Assembly (NCBI GenBank): GCA_965208325.1
Contig: OZ242326.1
Location: 2,847,363-2,911,362, forward strand
Direction: 5' to 3'
DNA: 64,000 nucleotides
Source of the DNA: Candidatus Poribacteria bacterium
GTDB taxonomy: Bacteria > Poribacteria > WGA-4E > PCPOR2b
Shown here: piece by piece, positions 33,472 to 43,955 of the stretch
Layout of the letters: every line of letters begins with the position of its first letter
How positions within the stretch are numbered: position 1 is the first letter of the stretch
Program-made: the position numbers and the translations under genes
The notes under the pieces: model-generated
Database searches by the model: none
What the model was told of the DNA's origin: nothing
The model's input: only the letters and a program-made list of their open reading frames with translations

Positions 33472-33578
33472 CAAAGATTAGTCCGACAATTGCTATAAGA
33501 ATCAGCCAACCTAACATCGTGATTCTCCTTATGTAAGGATTATGGGGGAGGGGGTAGCCGCCCCCTGTGGAGAAGAAG

Positions 33579-33953
33579 CTAAAGCCTAGGGCTAGCGACA
33601 AACATGGGAAATACATGTTCATTCCCTTCCCAGTCGGAAATAGTAATCTCTCCTCTCGAATAATCACTATCATCATGCTCGATGACAGTAACACAGACTT
33701 TTGCGTCACTATTGCGGTCCCGCACAACAATCCTTGGCAATCCTTGATCATCCATGGTCAAGTCAAGGATACCTATGATTGAAATTGTGTTGTTCTTAAT
33801 CCAAATAGTGGGATTACCCTCGTCGTCTACGATTGTAATACTTTTGCAAGTTACAGATTCATAGGTTGGATTAGTTATATCAGACATCGTAAATCTCCTC
33901 TTTGTAAGGGTTGTGGGGGAGGCGTAACCCTCCCTCTTTTTTCGGCAATACAT
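33579..33953 (-). CDS. Hypothetical protein; the start is probably the internal Met at about 33887
   Basis: ORF only; beta-strand-rich pattern; no recognised domain. Confidence 0.3.
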   Translation of the reverse strand: MYCRKKREGYASPTTLTKRRFTMSDITNPTYESVTCKSITIVDDEGNPTIWIKNNTISIIGILDLTMDDQGLPRIVVRDRNSDAKVCVTVIEHDDSDYSRGEITISDWEGNEHVFPMFVASPRL

Positions 33954-33971
33954 ACAAGTTGGTTAATTTTC

Positions 33972-34256
33972 CTAACTCATGTCGTCAGCATCTTCCGTCA
34001 TGGACTCGTCGTCCACCATGGGCTCATCTTCTGTGGGTTCAGGATCGGGTTTCCTATCAGTATCTCGGTCAATGTCTCGGTCACTTTCCCGATCAACTTC
34101 CCGGTCAATGTTAATATCTCTATCGACATCGCGCTGGAAGATGTCTAGGATACGGGTAGCTTGGTCACAACCAGTTAGCGAAACCATCATTAGCGCCAAC
34201 AATACGAAAACCACAGTAAACACTGTTCCAACAGCAATGGGAGTTGTTAATTTCAT
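33972..34256 (-). CDS. Hypothetical small lipoprotein with Asp/Arg-rich repeats (DRDI/DREV)
   Basis: Signal peptide with the lipobox LTGCDQ, followed by repeated DR-containing tetrapeptides and an acidic tail. Confidence 0.35.
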   Translation of the reverse strand: MKLTTPIAVGTVFTVVFVLLALMMVSLTGCDQATRILDIFQRDVDRDINIDREVDRESDRDIDRDTDRKPDPEPTEDEPMVDDESMTEDADDMS

Positions 34257-34431
34257 GAAATATCTCCTTCTTGGTTTAGAAATGGGCGGCGCGGAACAGG
34301 GAATACAGGAGCGTGAAACCCATGGATAGGTTTCCCCTTTTTTCTACCCTATTCCGCGCCATAGGTTGCTTTCCAATAAAATTCAAATGTGCGAACGCGG
34401 CGTTTGCAGTGCTTACACCGCGCAGCCCGTT

Positions 34432-34854
34432 TTATAATTTTTTTCCGTCGGGAGCGCGCATGTTCTGGGGATTAGGTTTAATGATGCGCTTCTTGCAGTG
34501 TTTGCATTTCACAGTCAATTTTCCGAGTTCAGCCCGGATACGTTTAAAATTCTCGCTTTCCCGCATTGTAATCATGGACTGAGAACGTCTGAATATCAGC
34601 CCGTTCTTGTTTTCTTGAATTAACCTCATTTTGCTGTGTCGCCTTGCTGAATATGGGATCTCATCTTCAGTAGGCGAAAGTGACGGTTCACCTGGGGTAA
34701 ATGTTATTGAAGGCGGGCCGTCGACGTGAAAGGTAACCAGAAATGCGGCAATGGGGCCGCCGTGACCAATTATCATGGATGTCTCTTCTTCGTGCTTCAC
34801 AGCGATATTACATATATCGACGCGGTTATTAACTTCCAGCGTAAATTCATTCAT
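34432..34854 (-). CDS. Hypothetical protein with a C-terminal CxxC-type basic tail
   Basis: ORF only. Confidence 0.3.
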   Translation of the reverse strand: MNEFTLEVNNRVDICNIAVKHEEETSMIIGHGGPIAAFLVTFHVDGPPSITFTPGEPSLSPTEDEIPYSARRHSKMRLIQENKNGLIFRRSQSMITMRESENFKRIRAELGKLTVKCKHCKKRIIKPNPQNMRAPDGKKL

Positions 34855-34997
34855 GTTTCCTCTCCGTTAGAACCTGATGGAAAGTATGTTGCAGAGCCAT
34901 TGTTTGAATATTTGAGGGTCAAAATCATCGGATTTTCAAGGCATGTACCCCAAAATTGCCTCCCCCGAGGACGGACCTGGTCCATTGAAAAGGGCTC

Positions 34998-35456
34998 TTA
35001 ATGTTGATGTGATTCACCCGTGCGGATTTTGTCTTTATTCCAAGTATTGACAACACCGTTACCATGTTCATTTATGCCCATGGAAGCAATGGCTTTCGTT
35101 TTACCACTAGCAATTACATACCCGCCATGTTCATCATGACCAATGTCCACGTTCACTTTAGCGTTAGCGTCCCTTACAGTGATAGCAGGGACAATTCCCG
35201 GGTGGGTGATATACGTGGTACCGTAACGAGTACCGCCATAAAGCAGCATGCCAGTATCCAAGAGGTGTACGACACCACGATGATAAGTGTATCCATTGAC
35301 CTGCAAATCCTCGTTGACCGTCAAACGCCCACACTCAATCTCTCCGAATTTTTCCTTTTGTGCGGATATGGGCGACAGCAGCATGCCGATAATGGTGAAA
35401 ATACTGCCTAACGCCATTAGACCTAGCTTGTGCTTCCAATTAATCAGGGGTTTCAT
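34998..35456 (-). CDS. Hypothetical secreted protein
   Basis: N-terminal TM/signal segment (LGLMALGSIFTIIGMLLSPISA); no recognised domain. Confidence 0.35.
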   Translation of the reverse strand: MKPLINWKHKLGLMALGSIFTIIGMLLSPISAQKEKFGEIECGRLTVNEDLQVNGYTYHRGVVHLLDTGMLLYGGTRYGTTYITHPGIVPAITVRDANAKVNVDIGHDEHGGYVIASGKTKAIASMGINEHGNGVVNTWNKDKIRTGESHQH

Positions 35457-35923
35457 TTGGTGTCTCCTTGTTGTTTCGGAACGGTGTCAATCGTCATTTT
35501 CAATTTAAGCTTTTCTTTAATACGCTCTAAATAATCAGCCATCTGATAAACACCATGATACCGCCTCACATACCAGCCGCCTATTTCTACATCACTACGG
35601 CGTTTCCGAGGACGAAACACTACTTTAGGTAGAATAGGCGGAATCCTTGCAATGCCCACTAAGGCGAGCACCTCATGAAATGTCTTATACTCTGTGTTAT
35701 TTTCAACTATAGTGCCGTCTGCCATTGTGACAACCAAATGGCGGTTAGGTTCATCAGACTTTTTGGGGATAGATGATAACCCATTTACAAACTGCATAAT
35801 GACCTTACCGGTTGGACGCTGCTTCCCATACCTCTCTACGGCTTCAGAAATAGTGTCGATCAATTGCTTCCGTTTATTATCAGAGATTGGCATAAATCCT
35901 TCCTTTTTTGTGGAATTGTCCAA
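35453..35923 (-). CDS. Hypothetical protein
   Basis: ORF overlaps the downstream gene by 4 nt, suggesting an operon; no recognised domain. Confidence 0.3.
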   Translation of the reverse strand: MDNSTKKEGFMPISDNKRKQLIDTISEAVERYGKQRPTGKVIMQFVNGLSSIPKKSDEPNRHLVVTMADGTIVENNTEYKTFHEVLALVGIARIPPILPKVVFRPRKRRSDVEIGGWYVRRYHGVYQMADYLERIKEKLKLKMTIDTVPKQQGDTK

Positions 35924-36025
35924 TAAGAACCATTAGCGGACATCCCCCGCTCCCCGCCAAAAGTCCAAATTTGCGTTCTTTTATGACGGCTGTATATAGA
36001 ACTGTTATGTAGGCAGCCAGATACT

Positions 36026-36280
36026 TCAGTCATTCGACTGCTTCTTCTTGTTTGTGCTATGCGTTAACCGACGAAGGTATTCGATGTTCATGTCGATACA
36101 CTTGCGGATAAGCGAGCCAAAGGAAACCCCGGTCGCATACTTTGCTTGTTTTAAGATAGTATCTTGCCGTTCCGTAAGTTGTATCATCACTGTGGACCGT
36201 GCGGCATCCTTTTCTCCGTTCATGGACACTTTTTCTTTCCTCCTTAAATTTGGCAAAGGGTGACGGGGAACGGTCTCCAC
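36026..36280 (-). CDS. Putative ribbon-helix-helix DNA-binding protein
   Basis: 84 aa; central VMIQLTERQDTILKQAKYATGVSFGSLIRKCI resembles RHH (CopG/Arc-like) folds. Confidence 0.3.
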   Translation of the reverse strand: METVPRHPLPNLRRKEKVSMNGEKDAARSTVMIQLTERQDTILKQAKYATGVSFGSLIRKCIDMNIEYLRRLTHSTNKKKQSND

Positions 36281-36441
36281 TGGAGTGTTGTGTCAATGGG
36301 AATAATCTACCCGCGCCCCGCCTTATTAAATTTTGGCGGCGGCAAACAGAACCAAGGAGACGGAATTGCTCAGCGAATCGTACGAACTGTGAGCAACCCA
36401 AGAGCTGGTTGTCACCGTACTAGAGATTTTTTGTTTCTGGT

Positions 36442-39195
36442 TTACTTCACTATTGCCATGCGACGTAGTGATTGATAATCGCCCGATCGCAATTGGTAGA
36501 AATACACGCCGCTTGGCACAGTTTCACCGGACTGGTTTCTGCCGTCCCAATGCGCGGCTTGTGTCTGATTGGCGTAGAAGCCCGCGTCCCGATGCCCCAA
36601 ATCGAGTTGCCGCACTAGATTGCCCTGGACGTCATAAATCGTCAGCGTTACTTTGCCCGCGCGGGAGAGGTGGTACGGAATCCAGGTCTCCGGATTGAAC
36701 GGGTTGGGGTAGTTTGGCAAGAGCGCGGTCTCTTTCGGCGTCAAGGCTGCGAGGAGGTGTTTCAGCGTGAGAACGCCGCGCTGGTATTGCGCTGTGTTTT
36801 TGCCCGTCAGCTTGGCTTCGGTTAGCCAGTGTTCGACCATCACCGGGGACAGGTCTGTAGGCAACTGGACGCGGGCTGCCGGTGCAGCCGGTACGCTGTC
36901 TACCGCAGCGGCGACGGCGATAACGTCGTCGATGTCGACAACCCCATCCCCGTTGACGTCCGCCGATTCTTTGCCTGTCCGCCCGTAGTGCACTGCGACG
37001 TAAACAATGTCTAGACGATCCACGCTTCCGTCGCCGTTGGCGTCCGCGATAATGGGTGGAGGCTGAGTTTCGGCAACGGCGTGAAAGGTGATTTTCTCCA
37101 ACAATCCAACGGCGGATGCCTCGACAGAGTTTTTTCCCGGATTTTGCCCCAACGTCAGGGTAGTCTCCGCTTGCCCGCCGCTATCGGTCATTGCGCTTGT
37201 TGCACTGAGCTTGCCGCCGCCCACAGTGACTGTGAAAACAATTGGAACCCCTTCAATCGGGACGTGTTTCTCGTCCAGCACTGCCACGACGAACGGGTTT
37301 TCAAGCGCTTCGCCGGCGTACGCCCGTTGATCGCTCCCCGATTGGATGCGAATCCGCGGCGGTGGTCGGCTGTCAAAACCTACCTCAACTCTTCTTTCCT
37401 GTAAGGCAGGGATGTGTAGGTAAATTGAGGCGTAACTCAAGGGGTTTCCCTGCAGATGAACCTCGTCCCCATTACCCAATCCCGTATTGGCTACCAGCGG
37501 TGAAATGTCCGAGATGTTGTTGCGCGAAAGGTCCAGGATTGTAAGGTCGGTCAACCACGATATTGCCTTGATGTCCGAGATGTTGTTTTCCCAAAGATTC
37601 AACCGTCTCAGGTTGGTTGCCGCTTCGAGCCCAGTTAAATTGCTGATGTTTGCGTTAGCGGCGTCAAGCATATCATCAAGCGCCGCCATTTCCGCCGGGG
37701 CAATGGGTTCACCGGCTGTTTTGTTGAGGGCATTCTCAACCGCGGCACGGAGGTTCGGGTCGGGTATATGGATCGGAAGCCCCGCCATGGCGTTGAATGT
37801 GACCGTCTGCCCAATTCCAGCGGCGGACACCTCTACCGTGTTTTGTCCGATATTCGCGCCCAGTGTCAACACGCTCGCTGCACGGCCGCCCCGATCTGCG
37901 TGGGCGGACTCCACACTGAGCCTGCCGCCGCCGACGGCGACAGAGAATCTAACGGCAACCCCCTCAATCGGATTGCCGTTGTGCACATCTCGGACTTCAA
38001 CGACAAACGGGACGAGTAACGGTGTATCCGGCAAGCCGTGTTGGTTGTCTCCTGAGACTTTCGTTAACGGCTCTAATTTTTCCGAAAACAACGTAAAGTC
38101 TCTCCACGACACATTGCCATCCGTATCAATGGCTTCAATGGTAATCGGATGGGTAGTCGGATTAAAAAGGTTCGTGTTTCTGCTGTAAGGTAGGGAATGT
38201 GCATGGGGAATAACGCCGTCGTAATCAAAGGCAGCAGTTTCCTCTTGGTTTCCCCCCAACCCAAAACACGCCTTGACCGAACTGCCGTTGGGACTATCGG
38301 GTTGATTAACGTGTAAGATTACCTGGTGAAGTCCGTCAAAATCATGGAGGCGGGGACTGACAATGATATTACTTGCGAATGCTGAATATGAACGGGGCGA
38401 AATGAGTTCTATGGTGGGCGGCTCCCCCGCTTCAATTGGGGTGCTCTGATTGAAGTAGGTATGAACCGACAAATACACCGCATGGCATTGAGATAACCGC
38501 TTCTCATCCCGGGAACTAGGGCCATACGACATTACGTAGGCACCATCTCGGAAATCGTGGTAAAGTCCAAAGGCGTGTCCCAATTCGTGTGCGATTAGCC
38601 ACCAATCAAATGCACGCAAGCAAAACGCGAATCCGCCGCGTTTTGAATATGCGCGGCCTTGACCGCCATCAATATACGCCGTCTCAAGTGTGCCCGGTCG
38701 GTCGATGAAAACGAGATAAACGTTCTCATAAAGATTGAACGCTTCTTCAATCTCGCCAATTACAACAGGCGTACTGCCAAAGCCTTGTGGATAATGGCTG
38801 TCCGGGTATCTCCCGCCGACCTGATTCACTATCGGTTCACCGTAAGCGTCCGTTTCAACCCGGAAGGTTTGCCGTCCGTAGCCGTGCGCTTGCATCTGAT
38901 CGGCAAAAAAGCTTTGTGCGATGCTAAGCTGTTCCTTAATTCGTTTCACCACTTGTTCCCGATACGGGCGGTCATTGGGTAAAAAGTAAATTATGCGCAC
39001 GGTGCGTGTTGTTCCGACATTCAGAGCAAGGGTTTTGGAGCGGGCATCTGGGTGCGTGCCGCGCTTATGGTACTGATGTCCGGTAAACCCGCAGTAATGA
39101 GCTGCCGATTTAGGCGGGGCGGCAAGCGCGGCGGTTAGGTTAACAAGGCACAAAAGCACCGTGCAAAGCGATAACCGAAAAAATCGGATTTTCAC
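36442..39195 (-). CDS. Secreted multidomain metzincin-type zinc metalloprotease with Ig-like, leucine-rich-repeat and dockerin-like modules and a T9SS C-terminal sorting domain
   Basis: Signal peptide; HELGHAFGLYHD (HExxHxxGxxHD) motif; LRR segment (LRRLNLWENNISDI...LDLSRNNISDISPL); dockerin-like DANGDGSVD/DVNGDGVVD; C-terminal LLPNYPNPFNPETWIPY...YFYQLR...MAIVK. Confidence 0.8.
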   Translation of the reverse strand: MKIRFFRLSLCTVLLCLVNLTAALAAPPKSAAHYCGFTGHQYHKRGTHPDARSKTLALNVGTTRTVRIIYFLPNDRPYREQVVKRIKEQLSIAQSFFADQMQAHGYGRQTFRVETDAYGEPIVNQVGGRYPDSHYPQGFGSTPVVIGEIEEAFNLYENVYLVFIDRPGTLETAYIDGGQGRAYSKRGGFAFCLRAFDWWLIAHELGHAFGLYHDFRDGAYVMSYGPSSRDEKRLSQCHAVYLSVHTYFNQSTPIEAGEPPTIELISPRSYSAFASNIIVSPRLHDFDGLHQVILHVNQPDSPNGSSVKACFGLGGNQEETAAFDYDGVIPHAHSLPYSRNTNLFNPTTHPITIEAIDTDGNVSWRDFTLFSEKLEPLTKVSGDNQHGLPDTPLLVPFVVEVRDVHNGNPIEGVAVRFSVAVGGGRLSVESAHADRGGRAASVLTLGANIGQNTVEVSAAGIGQTVTFNAMAGLPIHIPDPNLRAAVENALNKTAGEPIAPAEMAALDDMLDAANANISNLTGLEAATNLRRLNLWENNISDIKAISWLTDLTILDLSRNNISDISPLVANTGLGNGDEVHLQGNPLSYASIYLHIPALQERRVEVGFDSRPPPRIRIQSGSDQRAYAGEALENPFVVAVLDEKHVPIEGVPIVFTVTVGGGKLSATSAMTDSGGQAETTLTLGQNPGKNSVEASAVGLLEKITFHAVAETQPPPIIADANGDGSVDRLDIVYVAVHYGRTGKESADVNGDGVVDIDDVIAVAAAVDSVPAAPAARVQLPTDLSPVMVEHWLTEAKLTGKNTAQYQRGVLTLKHLLAALTPKETALLPNYPNPFNPETWIPYHLSRAGKVTLTIYDVQGNLVRQLDLGHRDAGFYANQTQAAHWDGRNQSGETVPSGVYFYQLRSGDYQSLRRMAIVK

Positions 39196-39329
39196 CCCTT
39201 AGACTCCTGTTTTTGTATGGATTTTGATGGCTATAATAAAACCTATAATCATTTATACACTGCGGTAGGTGCGGTTAGGAAACCGTAGTGAAAGCGGGGC
39301 AAGATGCCCCGCCTACGGGTGTGCTGGCG

Positions 39330-42254
39330 TTATTTCACGATTACCATCCGCCGGAGCGCGTTATAATCGTCCGTTCGGAGTTGATAGAAATAGGCGCCGC
39401 TAGCGACGGCTTCGCCGTTTTCGTTCCTGCCGTCCCAATAGGCAGCGCGGGTTTTCTCGATATACACGCCCGCCCGTTGATGACCTAAATCCAACTGTCG
39501 AATTAGGGCGCCGTTTAAGTCGTAAATCGAGATTTGGACGTCCGAACCCGTCGCTAACCGGTAAGGTATCCAGGTCTCCGGATTAAACGGATTTGGATAG
39601 TTTGGCAGAAGTGCGGTCTCTTTCGGCGCCAAGACTGCGAGGAGTTGCTCCAACGTGAGAATGCCGCGCTGGTATTGCGGCGTGTTTTTGCCGGCCAGCT
39701 TGGCTTCGGTTAACCAGTTTTCGACCATTTCCGCGGTCAGGTCTCTAGGCATCGCCGCACGGGCTGCCGGCGCAGCGGCTACGCTGTCTACCGCGGCGGC
39801 GACCGCGATAATGTCGTCGATGTTCACAACGCCGTCGCCGTTGATGTCCGCTGCACCTTGGCTTGTCTGTCCGTAGTGCAATGCGACATAGACAATGTCT
39901 TGGACATCTACGCTGCCGTCACCGTTGGCGTCGGCGTCTTTGGCTTCGACGGTCTCATCTTCGGTTTCGTCATCCGGGTCTTTCGATTCGATCGGTTGCG
40001 GAGAGGCGTTAATGGCAATGGAGGACGGGCGATCCATGCCGCTTGCGATAACATCTTCAACGTTGGATGCGTCCAAATTGGCACGCCGGACTGTTTCATC
40101 ACGCCAATCTGTCCAATATATTTTTCGATTGTCGATATCTAAGTCTAAGCTGTGCACCCCCGCTAATTCTGTAACGACGTCTTCGACATTTGAACCATCC
40201 AAGTCGGCACGCTGGATTTTTCTCGCGGCAGCATCTGTCCAGTACATTTTCCCGTCTGCAACATCTAGGGCAATGCTGGTTGGCGCCTGCAATCCTGTGA
40301 CGAGGTCTTCGACATTTGTGCCATCCAAGTCGGCGCGCTGGATTTTATTCGTGCCGTCATCTGTCCAGTACATCTGACCGCCATCAACATCTAACGCCAA
40401 ACCGCTTGGAATGCGCAAACCGCGTGTCAGGAGGTCTTCAACGTTTGAACCGTCTAAGTCGGCACGTTGGATTTTATCGGTGCCGTTATCTGTCCAATAC
40501 ATCTTACCGGCCGCAACATCTAGGGCAATGTCTTTCGTCCCTTTCAATCCTTGTGTCACAAGGTCTTGGACGTTTGCGCCGTTCAAGTCGGCGCGTTGAA
40601 TTTTATCCGTGCCGGAATCTGTCCAGTACATGTGTCCGCCGGTAACATCTAGGGTTAAACCGCTTGGTTGTTGCAGACCGCGCTGAACTAGGGTTTCGAT
40701 GCGTGAAGCGTCGGAGCTGGCTGCGCGGATGCTCATTGTGCCGCGGTCGATCCAGTAAATGGCAAGCGGCTTCTGTTCACGGACGGCGGCGACGGGAACG
40801 TTTGCGGTGAGCGAACTGCCGCTGTAGCTTGCGATGCCGCCGGCGCGCACACTGAACGACAACGTCGCATTTGTGTCAAAGTCGGTGCCGTCAAAAGCGA
40901 GTACAATCGTAATCTGCGTGTCACTTTCGCGCCGAACCCTATTAACAGTAACACCTGCAATCCCGGAAACCATCACGGCGTTACTGATGCGGGACAAAGA
41001 CTGTTCCCATGCACCGTTCCTCAATGTGAGCGCCACATCGCTTCCGTCTAACACCGTCTCTGTTAAGGGCGCCGAAGTTGAGGCGTGTAGCGTCGGTTCC
41101 TTTTTCGCCTCCACTGTAATACGCACGCTCGCAGAACAGTTGTTAGTTTTGTCACTCTCGTTTGCAACACTATCGACGCATGCGCCGAAATAGTAGGTTC
41201 CGGCAGATGTTGGGGCCGTAAGACTGATGCTCTCGGCACTCCTCCCATTAGCATTAAGCGCGCTAACACTGGCCGTGCCGACCGCTGTATCGCTAGTCGA
41301 AATCGTGGAATCGGCCGAGCGGTAGTAGCGCAGCGTGGTCGCGGCCGCACTGCTTGTGCCGCTATTTCTGACGGCGGTGGACAGCGTAAAATTTTCGCCG
41401 GCGGTTAAGTCGCTTTTACTGACTGTCGGACGGTCAACGATTAAGTCCGGCGAGTCCGATTGAACCTCCACCGTGATACGCACGCCGGCGGAGCAGTTGT
41501 TGTCAGAATTGCTCTCGTCCGCAACTGCGTCAACACAAGCGCCGTAGTAGTAGGTGCCGGCAGATGCAGGGGCGGTGAGACTGATACTCTCGGCACTCGT
41601 CCCATTTGCATTCAGCGCGTTAACGCTGTCCGTGCCGACTGCTGTATCGCTGGACGAAATCGTGGCATCGGTCGAGCGATAGTAGCGCAGCGTGGTGGCA
41701 GCGGCACTGCCAGTGCCGCTATTTCTGACGACCGTCGACAGCGTAAAGCTTTCGCCAGGCGTTAAGGTGTTTTTACTCACGGTTGGGTGGTCAACGACTA
41801 AATCCGATTGTTCAGATTCGGCACAGGTTGGCGCGTTGCTAAAACGTGTCACAACCCAAACTTCACCACTCTTTACAAAGCGGAACCAATTGAAATCAAC
41901 TTCTGTAGGTTCTGAAATAAGAACATTTGTTGCACCTGCGAGTTGTACAACACCGTATCCGTCACTTCTATGAGCAACCAAAAGTAGACTCTCGGCACCG
42001 CTGCTGTTCACAACAAGGTCTGCTGCAAAGGTGTCTCTCGGAAATTGAAGACCGACACAGATTTCCGGTGCACGGTCTATTAAGTCTCCTGCTAAAGCCG
42101 TGTCTCCGGCCTTAATTGCCGCTTGCAAATCGCTGTATTTTGAGCTTACAGGAACTTGACTCTGGCTGAAACCAACATCTGGCAACCCACACACCAACAC
42201 TATTACGATGAGAATTGACAAGGCAACTTTTCGACTTATGATAAACATGGCCAT
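39330..42254 (-). CDS. Secreted protein with two CARDB-like domains, a six-bladed YWTD beta-propeller, a dockerin-like module and a T9SS C-terminal sorting domain
   Basis: Six repeats of (M/I)YWTD..xxKIQRADLDGSNV; two near-identical roughly 100-aa CARDB-like repeats; C-terminal 200 aa about 75 percent identical to 36442-39195. Confidence 0.8.
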   Translation of the reverse strand: MAMFIISRKVALSILIVIVLVCGLPDVGFSQSQVPVSSKYSDLQAAIKAGDTALAGDLIDRAPEICVGLQFPRDTFAADLVVNSSGAESLLLVAHRSDGYGVVQLAGATNVLISEPTEVDFNWFRFVKSGEVWVVTRFSNAPTCAESEQSDLVVDHPTVSKNTLTPGESFTLSTVVRNSGTGSAAATTLRYYRSTDATISSSDTAVGTDSVNALNANGTSAESISLTAPASAGTYYYGACVDAVADESNSDNNCSAGVRITVEVQSDSPDLIVDRPTVSKSDLTAGENFTLSTAVRNSGTSSAAATTLRYYRSADSTISTSDTAVGTASVSALNANGRSAESISLTAPTSAGTYYFGACVDSVANESDKTNNCSASVRITVEAKKEPTLHASTSAPLTETVLDGSDVALTLRNGAWEQSLSRISNAVMVSGIAGVTVNRVRRESDTQITIVLAFDGTDFDTNATLSFSVRAGGIASYSGSSLTANVPVAAVREQKPLAIYWIDRGTMSIRAASSDASRIETLVQRGLQQPSGLTLDVTGGHMYWTDSGTDKIQRADLNGANVQDLVTQGLKGTKDIALDVAAGKMYWTDNGTDKIQRADLDGSNVEDLLTRGLRIPSGLALDVDGGQMYWTDDGTNKIQRADLDGTNVEDLVTGLQAPTSIALDVADGKMYWTDAAARKIQRADLDGSNVEDVVTELAGVHSLDLDIDNRKIYWTDWRDETVRRANLDASNVEDVIASGMDRPSSIAINASPQPIESKDPDDETEDETVEAKDADANGDGSVDVQDIVYVALHYGQTSQGAADINGDGVVNIDDIIAVAAAVDSVAAAPAARAAMPRDLTAEMVENWLTEAKLAGKNTPQYQRGILTLEQLLAVLAPKETALLPNYPNPFNPETWIPYRLATGSDVQISIYDLNGALIRQLDLGHQRAGVYIEKTRAAYWDGRNENGEAVASGAYFYQLRTDDYNALRRMVIVK

Positions 42255-43955
42255 TCGACACTCCTTATGTTTGGCTTACGATTTAGTTGAAATGAAGACA
42301 GCGGGGGCTGCTTGAAATTACCCCCACAAACTAGGCATTGACTTAAACATGCTGAAAACTCTTTCGACGAATCCCGCGTGTTTATTCGACAATCGGCGGA
42401 TAAACCACCGCACCCGAACCAGAAGGACCCGGCGCGCTGGACATACCACCAAGACCTCGCTTACCCGAATAGGCGTCCTATTTGACCATTCGGGTATCCG
42501 GCGGCAATCTGCGTTAGCCCGGTTGCCGCCATACAGACAATGTTGTATGCCAGCAATGTGAACGCAATAATTTCCACTGTTGAAGCAAACGTGGGGTTTT
42601 CATTGATTTCTTAATGCCTCAAGTTTAGCCTTGTTATTGCACATCTAATCTTTCGGCGCAGTCGCCTCGCGGAATTGCGCCCCGTTTACATTTGCGGCGG
42701 TATCGGGGACAAGCGGTTCATCGTCTTCTTGGGTTAGTATTTCGCGTGCAATGTCACAACCCGAAAAAAACACAGGGTAACAACACAAAACTGAGTTCTT
42801 CGGTAAATTTTTTTTGGTTCCTATGAGTCACTGATGTTCTCCTTTTTTAGGATTAGCCATAGCCGTTTGAATTCACTCTGTGAGCTTTTTTCAAGATAAA
42901 GTCAATTGCTATCAAAGGCACACAATCAAAGCGAGTAATGCGATTGCTGGAGGACTTATCTTGATTCCTACCCATATAGAGTTAAATAAGCAATCGCATT
43001 TTGATGGATATACCTTGGGCACACGCAATAATTCCAACTAACCGGCACCGCGAAGACATGGCACAAGACTGCCAAAGCGGCGGCTATTTTGCATTTCGAG
43101 CGAAACACGAACGATAAACGAACAAGCAGCGGCCTCCTCTCGTCGGCGCGAACAGAACCAACTGCCATAAAGTCTATTGATATAAATACAGGGAAATTCT
43201 CTCCCTCCTTCCATTCCCCGGCGAAGGGGAGCGGCAGGCATCACGGAGCCGTAATGTCGCCTCCTGCCGCGGGAAGGGAAATTGGACGCGTCAATCTCTA
43301 GAGCCGGACGGATCAGAAAAAGACGATCTGCCTCCCCTTTAATAGAACAAAAACCGTGCCAATGGTCGGTTTAAGGAGGAGTTCAACTCTGTAGAGACGG
43401 ATAAATCCAGTGGTAGTCTAGGTTCGATGGATATGCGAAGCAGCCGGGCGGGCAGTTAGCGTGACAGGGTGCAGGTTGAAAAAGTATCAAAATGAGACTG
43501 GCAAGGTGTGCAGAAATAGAGGAAATCGGCGGGGAATCCTGTAATGACGCGGGATGCGGACGTTTATCTCAAAATAGGACTGAGTCTCATTTTGGGACAA
43601 ATGAAAGAGGGTTTAAGGACGGATTAGTTCATTCAAAAAAAAAATTTTAGCACAACTGTTTCAAGTTGTATTTATTTTTCGGTAATTTCTGAGTGATATG
43701 CGGTGCGGTTAGGAATCAGAACCTACCGGAATGGGCCGCGCAGTTTATACAACTTCAATTTCCGATAAAGTGTTGATTGACCAATCTTCAACGCTTACAC
43801 CTTAATGGGCAAGTATGACTGTCTAAACATTGGGGGTAAGTAAATCCCATTTCACGCAGCCGCACCGCGATGTGCTTGGACAGGTCTTCCGGCGGCAACT
43901 GTGCCAGTTGGGTCTCCGAGATGCCAAAGAGTTGGTAATAGGCGCGGTTGGCGTG

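Noticed and set aside
36453-41973. Numerous plus-strand ORFs overlapping the two large T9SS cargo genes
   Set aside because: These are antisense shadow ORFs of GC-rich coding sequence (Arg/Ala/Ser-rich). The minus-strand genes have clear domain content.
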